A stretch of DNA of 27,590 bases from a virus (IMGVR_UViG_3300030433_001242:1-27590); one strand, 5' to 3'. Counted from the first letter of the stretch, positions 17,621 through 24,639 are shown. Translations and numbers: made by a program. The notes: a model not told the origin generated them from the letters alone.

Positions 17621-19366
17621 TTATGCATATTGACTAATCATATCATAGTTGACATTTCTATAATGAGTATGCTCTCCTAAGTTATTGACTAATGGAAATG
17701 TTGAATTAAATATATCTTTATATTCAAACATCATATTTTTGTCATTATACTCTATTACACAATTAACTTTTTCAAAGACGTCATTATAAAACCTTGTCGC
17801 AACATCAGGCAACATAGCATTTTGTAATTGACTTTTTCTTTTCATAAAGTAATCTCTAGTTTCAGTCGGTATGTCAAATGTATCAAAGATATTATCTATC
17901 GACATCACTGCAGTATTGTGTCTTGTTCTAAGATGATTGACCATTTGTTGTAACTGATATGGACTATCTTTTTTCTCTAATCCAATATATCGTCTTAACA
18001 TCTCAGAATCTCTTCTATACATATTTATGTCGCTTGACCTACCTACATATCTTTCAGTAACACCATCTAACCCAACATAAATGTCGGCATACTTATTTAG
18101 TATTTTATTACACTTTGAGGTAATACGAGGTTTTACGACTAATGACTTATACAATGTCGTATCTCCAAACTGATATGGATTTCCATCTTTTGCAAGTTGT
18201 TGTCCAATGTCATAACACTTGTCAATGACGTTTGTCCAAAAGATTGTCCAATGTTTTATCTTGTCAGTTTGTAGTGTTCCTGAGTGATATCTAAGTTCGA
18301 CGCCTTGATTAGCTTGAAAATGACAATGCCAATTTAATCCATGGTATCTTTTGTCGTTATACTTATCATGCGTGAATCCACCATTGTCATAATAGAATTC
18401 TACGAAGGAATCTCTATCTGAAATGTACTGGAAATCATTGACAGATTGACTAACTTCGCGCGACCAACGTTGATGTCCTGTACCATAATATCTCGACTTT
18501 GGTAGCCAAGTATATATATGAGGTTCCATCAATTTTGTAAATAACGTCAAAACACTTGCATGTAACCAATCGTAATCCTGAACGTCTACATGCAAATGTA
18601 GACCAGTTTTGACACTCGCATAAGCATCCCAATCTTCTTGTAGTGCCTGACATATTGTATTGACATCTTGTACTAATATGTCGCCACGTCTTGGATTCAT
18701 CACTACTTCGCCTCCATACGGGTGTCTTGCATTCGTCGTGCTAGTATCACTTGTCATACGAAGCTTTCCTAATTCATGCCACATGTCAATGTCTGCGTTT
18801 CTCGTCTTGCCAACTCGTACTCTTAAGTTGTCTACAACTTCTGAGAAAGACCAATCGTCGCCAAAGTTAGTTTCAATCTCGACACCGACATTTCTTTTTG
18901 ACTTAATCAAATTGAAAGTATCTTTTTCATATCTGTCGTGAACAGGATTGACGAAGGTAGTTCTAGTTGTGACATATTCGTTAGATATGACTTCCCAATC
19001 AGGTGTGTCATAACTATCTTCTGAGTGATAACAATCTTCACAGACGTAACCATCAGTATTGTCACTCCAAAAAGAATCGTCATTATGAATTGAATCTCCA
19101 CAACTATCACAACAGGTAAAAGACTCATGAAAGCAATCGTTACAATAAGCGTCACCATTTCCATACTCTGCTTCGTCGATATGAATCGTAGTATCACAAT
19201 TATAACATTCTGTATAATTGTCGCTACAAGTATCGCAGACTGGCTCGTCATCACTATTTGTGTGAGTATAATTTGACGATACTGATTCTTGTTCGCCACA
19301 ATCTGCACATTGACATAGTGATTCATTCATCTCTTGTTCTATTTGTTGACGACCTTCAGGAGGCAT
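17621..19366 (-). CDS. Amidoligase (COOH-NH2 ligase, Amidoligase_2 family) with N-terminal acidic multi-CxxC zinc-finger region
   Basis: GVEIET, DTS, GEVVMNP, TGLHLHV, RYHGLN and VELRYHSGT motifs; six CxxC pairs in the first ~115 aa; GAGG RBS. Confidence 0.9.
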   Translation of the reverse strand: MPPEGRQQIEQEMNESLCQCADCGEQESVSSNYTHTNSDDEPVCDTCSDNYTECYNCDTTIHIDEAEYGNGDAYCNDCFHESFTCCDSCGDSIHNDDSFWSDNTDGYVCEDCYHSEDSYDTPDWEVISNEYVTTRTTFVNPVHDRYEKDTFNLIKSKRNVGVEIETNFGDDWSFSEVVDNLRVRVGKTRNADIDMWHELGKLRMTSDTSTTNARHPYGGEVVMNPRRGDILVQDVNTICQALQEDWDAYASVKTGLHLHVDVQDYDWLHASVLTLFTKLMEPHIYTWLPKSRYYGTGHQRWSREVSQSVNDFQYISDRDSFVEFYYDNGGFTHDKYNDKRYHGLNWHCHFQANQGVELRYHSGTLQTDKIKHWTIFWTNVIDKCYDIGQQLAKDGNPYQFGDTTLYKSLVVKPRITSKCNKILNKYADIYVGLDGVTERYVGRSSDINMYRRDSEMLRRYIGLEKKDSPYQLQQMVNHLRTRHNTAVMSIDNIFDTFDIPTETRDYFMKRKSQLQNAMLPDVATRFYNDVFEKVNCVIEYNDKNMMFEYKDIFNSTFPLVNNLGEHTHYRNVNYDMISQYA

Positions 19367-20423
19367 TGTCTACCTCACTTTCGACTTGTACCCAGACATC
19401 GTCTCCCCAAATCCTGTCAAACATAATTTCTTCAGACGATATCTCGCCAGTGTCAGGATTGACATGAAACCAAGCGTCTTCCCTCTTGTCATAAAACCAA
19501 GAGTTTGGATGTGTTTGCGTCGCTTCGGCTAATTCGATTGCCTCTTGACTTCTCCAATCATCTGTCCAAATGTCGTCGTCTTCTTCAAACTCTAACTCTG
19601 AATGATTTGACGTACTTGTCCAAGTGTAATTTGTTATTCCACCAGTCTTTCTTTTTGGATAGGAATTTAATTGCCATTGGTAGACTCTTGAAGTATAGTC
19701 AAATAAAGATTTGTCTACATTCATTTTAATGTCATCAAATTTTGATACATCAAAACTATATAGCGTATTTTTATTTAAACTATAGACATCTACATCTGTA
19801 ATGTTAGCATCAAGTAAAGCGTCTTCAATAAAATTACTTTCACTAGCATAAAACATTGTCTTATACTGAGGAACGTAAGCTATAAATAGAGGACGATTTG
19901 ATTCTCTACATAAATGCAATACCATCGGGTTCTTCTTTACAAACGACAATGCAAAGTCGCTGTCAAAATCTTTGATTGCTTCTTGTATATTGTCTTTGTC
20001 ATTTATTGCTTTGAAAATAAGCTGGCTGTCTACTGGACATTGTTTGTCTAGTTTGCCTTGCATCTCTTCAATATTGTAAACGCAACCATTATGCGCACCG
20101 ACGACATCGCCGACTCTAAATGGGTGTGCGTTTGATTTGACTATTGCTCCTTCTGTCGCAAATCGTGTATGACCTAGAAGAATAAATGAATCGTGTCTTA
20201 ACGACTTAACCGACTCGTTATATTCTTTCGTATCTACAAACTTGCTAGACGGCAATAGTGATTTATATATCCTAGTGTTAGCACCGACTTTTGCAATACC
20301 AGACGAATGACTACCACGAGTCTCGCTATCTATTGCAATATCACGCAATACCTTTTTGACAACCTTAAATTGTCTGCTAGTATAGGGCGTCGGCGACTTA
20401 GCTATTCCATAAATACCACACAT
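19356..20423 (-). CDS. Class II (Ntn) glutamine amidotransferase with acidic C-terminal extension
   Basis: MCGIYG (Cys2 nucleophile), RGSHSSG, GHTRFAT, NAHPF, AHNG and VDS motifs; AAGGAG RBS. Confidence 0.92.
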   Translation of the reverse strand: MCGIYGIAKSPTPYTSRQFKVVKKVLRDIAIDSETRGSHSSGIAKVGANTRIYKSLLPSSKFVDTKEYNESVKSLRHDSFILLGHTRFATEGAIVKSNAHPFRVGDVVGAHNGCVYNIEEMQGKLDKQCPVDSQLIFKAINDKDNIQEAIKDFDSDFALSFVKKNPMVLHLCRESNRPLFIAYVPQYKTMFYASESNFIEDALLDANITDVDVYSLNKNTLYSFDVSKFDDIKMNVDKSLFDYTSRVYQWQLNSYPKRKTGGITNYTWTSTSNHSELEFEEDDDIWTDDWRSQEAIELAEATQTHPNSWFYDKREDAWFHVNPDTGEISSEEIMFDRIWGDDVWVQVESEVDNAS

Positions 20424-20479
20424 AGTCTAATCTCCTTTTTTTGTTAATATACCCTGTCTAAAACAGGCTAAGTCTTTGC

Positions 20480-20536
20480 GACAAATAGTAATCGGTGCCG
20501 AAAGGATTAGCACCCAGACGCGTCGACTATTTTGTC
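20480..20536 (-). other. Intergenic hairpin upstream of the GATase
   Basis: GACAAATAGT / ACTATTTTGTC outer arms and GGTGC / GCACC inner arms. Confidence 0.5.
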
Positions 20537-20563
20537 TGTATTGATTACTACTCGTCGCTACCA

Positions 20564-20899
20564 TTATTTAGTACCTACCATACGAACATATTTCATTGTC
20601 CTATCAGACGTGTTATGAGTTGGCGCATACAAACCACAAAAGACGTTTACTTCATGTCCATTGAAGCTTTCATATTTGCGTTTCATAAACCATTTATTCG
20701 TATTGGTTTTAATGTTATCTTTAATTCTTTTTGTCATTTTAATTTTTTGCATATTAGAACTATGAAATTTTCTAGTATATTCGTCTACTAACTGATTGTG
20801 TCTTGCTATACCTTGTCCTGATAATTTACCTTGACGATATAATTTTTTATAACAACCAATTATAAATGCTCTAACGTCTTGTTCGGGATTCGGTATCAT
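20564..20899 (-). CDS. Hypothetical basic protein
   Basis: AAGG RBS; ATGA overlap with the small upstream ORF. Confidence 0.65.
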   Translation of the reverse strand: MIPNPEQDVRAFIIGCYKKLYRQGKLSGQGIARHNQLVDEYTRKFHSSNMQKIKMTKRIKDNIKTNTNKWFMKRKYESFNGHEVNVFCGLYAPTHNTSDRTMKYVRMVGTK

Positions 20900-21015
20900 T
20901 TAATTATTACCTTTCTTACTATATCTATTAATTTGTCTTTATTGCTTTTGACATCGAGTCCAGCTTCTTTATTTATAATATAACCTATAATAAATCTTTT
21001 GTCGTATTTTTTCAT
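20896..21015 (-). CDS. Small 39-aa protein (MKKYDKRFIIGYIINKEAGLDVKSNKDKLIDIVRKVIIK), not in the ORF track
   Basis: GGAG RBS, fills the gap exactly, TGA stop overlaps the next ATG (ATGA). Confidence 0.6.
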   Translation of the reverse strand: MKKYDKRFIIGYIINKEAGLDVKSNKDKLIDIVRKVIIK

Positions 21016-21020
21016 ACGTC

Positions 21021-21440
21021 TTATTTCTCCACTCGTCTATTTCTTTTATCTTGTCTTGTTCTTTTCTTTAGAGTCTTAAGAGCCGACGTTACATTGTTAG
21101 CAGTCAATACTACTCGTCTGTCTTTTATCTCATAAGTGTCCATGAAGTTGCTTTCGACACGAAGTACTGTATCGTCTTTCATATACTTTACGGCATACAT
21201 TTCAATAACGAGATATGATTCTTTTAGACTTAGTTCTGGGTACACGTCTGTGTGTCCATTTAAGCCATATACTTCTGGTACGTCGATTAAGTTAATCGTC
21301 AAATCATACTTGTTTTTCTTTGAATCGTGTATGAGAATAAACTCAATCCCATCTTCTGCGACAGGAACGTCTACTTCTCTTGTCCACCATTGCTTACAAC
21401 AAGGACATCTATCAGTCATTTCTCTTTTTTCGGTTTTCAT
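21021..21440 (-). CDS. Hypothetical protein with N-terminal CPCC motif
   Basis: Start set at ATG 21440 (AAAGGA RBS); a leaderless in-frame ATG at 21512 is also possible. Confidence 0.65.
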   Translation of the reverse strand: MKTEKREMTDRCPCCKQWWTREVDVPVAEDGIEFILIHDSKKNKYDLTINLIDVPEVYGLNGHTDVYPELSLKESYLVIEMYAVKYMKDDTVLRVESNFMDTYEIKDRRVVLTANNVTSALKTLKKRTRQDKRNRRVEK

Positions 21441-21517
21441 TATATTATTTCCTTTCTGACGATTGCCCAAAAATCGTCGGGTTGAATTATCGTCTGGGCG
21501 TACTTTTGGCATGACTA

Positions 21518-21546
21518 AATTTACCGATAAAAAAAATCAAAAGCAA
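21518..21546 (-). promoter_or_regulatory. Early-type promoter TTGCTT-N17-TAAATT driving the amidoligase operon
   Basis: -35 at 21546-21541, -10 at 21523-21518; duplicate of 17578-17550. Confidence 0.7.
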
Positions 21547-21570
21547 ACGACAGGAGCAACTTTTTTTGAC

Positions 21571-21605
21571 GGGGGTATAGAGCTAGACTTGAAGAGTCTA
21601 GCTCT
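21571..21605. repeat. GGGGGTAT + 11-bp hairpin, copy 1
   Basis: AGAGCTAGACT-tgaag-AGTCTAGCTCT. Confidence 0.8.
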
Positions 21606-21718
21606 TGAGCTCGAGTCCAGCTGAGGCGTATTTGACGAATACTCAGAAGCTGATAAAAATCTTTCAATATCCTTAAAAAGTATTAGGAATTCTGGATATT
21701 TAGACATAATTTATCTTT

Positions 21719-22099
21719 ATGAAAAACAAAGTATCACCGGAACTACAAGCTTTATTGGCAAAGCGTATAAAGCCCGAAGAACTAGCCCAATTTGATATTG
21801 AGGTTAAAGAAAGTTCCACTAATGAAGGTCGCATAGTTGGTAAGGCGACAACCCACGCTTTGCAATCCAACGACAAAGAAGTACAAAAAGATATGGAAAC
21901 TATTAAAGAAATCGTTCAAGATAAAGCAGTTTATCGTATTGAAGAAGGAAACGCTTTAATTGAGAAATATCAAGATGTATTTTCTTTTACAAAGAGATTA
22001 AAATCTGATGAGTTAGACGAAGAAGGAAACGAAACCACAGAAGAAGTTGAAGTTCTTCCAAGGTTGGAAACCAAAATCTCGTCTAAAAAGTTAATTTAG
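21719..22099 (+). CDS. Hypothetical acidic protein, lone gene opposite to its neighbours
   Basis: 126-aa ORF with no competing ORF; TAATTT -10-like box 6 nt before the ATG; own downstream terminators. Confidence 0.7.
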   Translation: MKNKVSPELQALLAKRIKPEELAQFDIEVKESSTNEGRIVGKATTHALQSNDKEVQKDMETIKEIVQDKAVYRIEEGNALIEKYQDVFSFTKRLKSDELDEEGNETTEEVEVLPRLETKISSKKLI

Positions 22100-22148
22100 T
22101 TCTTTTATACCTCAACACCTCCGGGGCGTAGGAAACCCCGGGGGACTT

Positions 22149-22179
22149 AAAAGCCCAAATAGAATTATTTGGGCTTTTT
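22149..22179. terminator. Bidirectional intrinsic terminator
   Basis: AAAAGCCCAAATA-gaat-TATTTGGGCTTTT perfect stem with T/A tails; preceded by a second GC hairpin at ~22119-22143. Confidence 0.8.
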
Positions 22180-22213
22180 ATTTATATGAACAAAAATTCG
22201 TCTAGATGTTCTT

Positions 22214-22254
22214 GGGGGTATAGAGCTCGACTGAGGGACGAGAGTCGAGCTCTA
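22214..22254. repeat. GGGGGTAT + 12-bp hairpin, copy 2
   Basis: TAGAGCTCGACT-gagggacgag-AGTCGAGCTCTA; compensatory C-G pair where copy 1 has A-T. Confidence 0.8.
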
Positions 22255-22317
22255 ATAGTTACCAGTTTGGACACATTTGTTCTAGCTCGAGCGCGCACGC
22301 TAATATTTTATATGTAT

Positions 22318-22352
22318 AAAAAAAATACCCCAGGGCGTTAGCCCCAGGGTAT
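22318..22352 (-). terminator. Intrinsic terminator of the 23319-22359 operon
   Basis: ATACCCTGGGGC-taac-GCCCTGGGGTAT (two G-U pairs on the - strand) followed by a T run. Confidence 0.8.
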
Positions 22353-22358
22353 CTTTGT

Positions 22359-22607
22359 TTACTTACAACATTCATTGTTCTTCCATACAAGTACACCGTC
22401 ACAAGATTCTGAATGACTGAAAGATTGTATATCTTTCTCACATTCATCTTCGTCGCTATAAGATTGCAATGGCATACCGTATTCATCATACATATCCTTC
22501 TTAGCATCATCATAGCCTCTGTTGTATCCTGTAACCTTTGCATACTCAATTGTCATACCAACTGCGTAGAACGTTACAAACAATGAATATATTACTAATA
22601 ATCCCAT
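22359..22607 (-). CDS. Small membrane-anchored hypothetical protein
   Basis: Hydrophobic N-terminus LLVIYSLFVTFYAVGM, GYNRGYDD motif, GGAGG RBS. Confidence 0.7.
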   Translation of the reverse strand: MGLLVIYSLFVTFYAVGMTIEYAKVTGYNRGYDDAKKDMYDEYGMPLQSYSDEDECEKDIQSFSHSESCDGVLVWKNNECCK

Positions 22608-22608
22608 G

Positions 22609-23001
22609 TTATTTATCCTCCTTCCATTCTTCTATCCATAGTTTTATCATGTCTGCTTCTTCGTGAAACTCTCCCTGCATAACGATTTCGTTGAGAGTGT
22701 TATCTTTATCGTAGTGTAGTTGATGAAAAAACTCTATACGATACATTTCTCCAACATCCAACTCGTCCCACCACTCTAAATTACCTTTCTCTAATTCAGA
22801 CAAAGTTTCTTTTGGAACAGTCAATAACCATTTCTTAACTATCTCTAACTCCTCATTGAACTCATTTGTCTCCTGGTCGAAAGCCAAATTTAAGTCCTCG
22901 TCTAAACCAAACTTTGATGTGTGGTATAGATATTTCATATTAGTAGAGTCTATTTTGTTTTGCAGAAATTTGATTAAATCAGATTTCTTTGTTTTACTCA
23001 T
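22609..23001 (-). CDS. Highly acidic hypothetical early protein
   Basis: AAAGGA RBS, Glu/Asp-rich. Confidence 0.7.
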   Translation of the reverse strand: MSKTKKSDLIKFLQNKIDSTNMKYLYHTSKFGLDEDLNLAFDQETNEFNEELEIVKKWLLTVPKETLSELEKGNLEWWDELDVGEMYRIEFFHQLHYDKDNTLNEIVMQGEFHEEADMIKLWIEEWKEDK

Positions 23002-23058
23002 TTGTATTTCCTTTCATTGTGGCAGGGGCATCATAGCCCCCGCCGTTATTATTAAGAG

Positions 23059-23319
23059 TTAAAATACCTCTTCTTCTGTACCCATGGCCTCATGAATCTC
23101 TTCTTTTTCTGCATCACTAAAACCGCATGCATATAAGAATCTATTCATATCGAAGCGTGGGTTGATGTCCTGGAAGACTGGAATCAATAAAGCAGCCATA
23201 GCCGGCGCAGTGCAAATCATACGCAATGGCTTCTGTCTACCAATGCCACGTTCACCCTCTTCTGTAAAGGGAGTGAAGCAGTGAGCAATTGACTCAAAGT
23301 CTTTCTTCGTCATACTCAT
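23059..23319 (-). CDS. Hypothetical early protein (MTKKDF...NPRFD..RF..AC type)
   Basis: AAAGGA RBS; MTKKDFESIA and NPRFDMNRFLYACG pattern recalled from small phage early proteins. Confidence 0.7.
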   Translation of the reverse strand: MSMTKKDFESIAHCFTPFTEEGERGIGRQKPLRMICTAPAMAALLIPVFQDINPRFDMNRFLYACGFSDAEKEEIHEAMGTEEEVF

Positions 23320-23433
23320 AACATATCCTTTCGTGTCTGATAGTTAACATAATTAATCTCTCGACGTTTGTTTGCCCCCGTGATGATGCCGGCGGGGCTT
23401 ATTCGATGATTACCAATTGTCAAATACAGTAAT

Positions 23434-23489
23434 AACTTATAACAAAAAAACAAAAGATGCAAGAAAAAAAAGAAAAAAATAAAAAAAAA
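23434..23489 (-). promoter_or_regulatory. Early promoter TTGCAT-N17-TAAGTT with upstream T-tract (UP-like)
   Basis: -35 at 23462-23457, -10 at 23439-23434, A/T tract 23463-23489. Confidence 0.65.
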
Positions 23490-23793
23490 TGTACAAGTTA
23501 ACCAAAATCCAAATTTTCAACGTAATTTACAATTTCCAATCTACAAAAAGACCGGGCGGGTACATGGAAAACAAAAGGGACACACAATCTTAGCCGATTT
23601 TTCAACTAAATTGCAATTTTCGGGGTAAAATTCATGAAATAACAAAAAACGACGACTAGAAAAATTTTGGAAAAAAATTTTGCGGGATGAGCCTCTCTAG
23701 AACACCGAGTATTATGTAGAAAATAGATTTAATATTCTATGTTATTCAAGAGCAACGAGCATTAGTGTTTTTTTTTCGTCCTTCGGACTGTTA

Positions 23794-23826
23794 AAGTTAC
23801 CCTGTTTGTCTTACTTGAGTCAAGTA
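23794..23826 (-). promoter_or_regulatory. Promoter TTGACT-N18-TAACTT overlapped by palindrome TACTTGA-G-TCAAGTA
   Basis: -35 at 23823-23818, -10 at 23799-23794; 15-mer identical to 16270-16284. Confidence 0.6.
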
Positions 23827-23902
23827 TTTTTGTATATATATCGATTTATAGAGCATTGGGAGCTAGAGCATTACCACGTCGTGCGATTTTTTTAAAAAAT
23901 AT

Positions 23903-23932
23903 TTGACTTGTGTAGGAATATTTACTTAATTT
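23903..23932 (+). promoter_or_regulatory. Promoter TTGACT-N18-TAATTT for the rightward operon
   Basis: -35 at 23903-23908, -10 at 23927-23932, upstream A/T tract. Confidence 0.65.
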
Positions 23933-23961
23933 GCATACACAATTAACAATATGGGAGTATT

Positions 23962-24282
23962 ATGAGTAAAAAAACTATTAAAAAAGCATTAGAATTAAAT
24001 ATTGGAGGTCATGATTATAAAATTATTGAATTACCTTTAGAACATGAAGATGATACTAAAGAATTATATGGTAGACATTTAGTAAAAGAAAATGTTATAC
24101 TAATAAATGATAGTATTCATGAATCTAGAAAGAAAGAAACGTTAATACATGAAGTATTACACGCAATATTTTTTAATTATGGGTTAGAACACAGTGAAAG
24201 AAATATTGATGCAATATCAAATGGATTATTTCAACTAGGAGTAGGAGACCATTTATGGAAGATATCAAAAAAGCAATCTTAA
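23962..24282 (+). CDS. HEXXH zinc metallopeptidase-like protein (ImmA/IrrE/DUF955-like)
   Basis: ETLIHEVLHAI motif with downstream Glu; GGGAG RBS. Confidence 0.75.
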   Translation: MSKKTIKKALELNIGGHDYKIIELPLEHEDDTKELYGRHLVKENVILINDSIHESRKKETLIHEVLHAIFFNYGLEHSERNIDAISNGLFQLGVGDHLWKISKKQS

Positions 24283-24443
24283 AATTCAAAAGTCTAGGTA
24301 GAACTGACATTGTGCAGAAATTACAGCAAGAACTAGATGAATTAGAAAAGATAAGTAAGAATCTAGACTGGAAAAGGTACGAAAAAGTGCTTAGAAAGCA
24401 AGAAGATAGACCAGATATGGAGGATTTTCCTAAAAATGACTAA
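24255..24443 (+). CDS. Hypothetical coiled-coil protein
   Basis: AGGAG RBS; overlapping operon gene. Confidence 0.65.
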   Translation: MEDIKKAILKFKSLGRTDIVQKLQQELDELEKISKNLDWKRYEKVLRKQEDRPDMEDFPKND

Positions 24444-24639
24444 TAATCAAAGAATTTTAGAACTTATATCAGAAAGATTAGATATAGGAGCTAAAAAATA
24501 CGGTAATCAAGTTCCAGTAGATGGTAGTAGAGACAATCTAAAAGAAAGCATAGAAGAACTATTAGACCTATGCGTATATCTTTCTGCTGTTGCGATAGAA
24601 TTACATGAACAGTATATTAACAACAAAAGGGGTAAATAA
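24436..24639 (+). CDS. Small all-alpha NTP pyrophosphatase (MazG-like) superfamily protein, tentative
   Basis: R..IGAKKYG ... EELLDLCVY acidic helix motif. Confidence 0.5.
   Translation: MTNNQRILELISERLDIGAKKYGNQVPVDGSRDNLKESIEELLDLCVYLSAVAIELHEQYINNKRGK

Noticed and set aside
17422-17628. 68-aa ORF in the ORF track
   Set aside because: Spans a terminator, promoter, operator repeat and leader hairpin; better explained as regulatory DNA.
18907-19326. 139-aa alternative-frame ORF inside the amidoligase gene
   Set aside because: Ile/Val/Met-rich shadow of the Cys/Asp-rich coding frame; no RBS.
22259-22549. 96-aa - strand ORF
   Set aside because: Overlaps the RBS-supported 22359-22607 gene in another frame and runs through its terminator.
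20424-23960. tRNA genes in the intergenic gaps
   Set aside because: No cloverleaf with a GTTCRA T-loop and matching acceptor stem found by eye.
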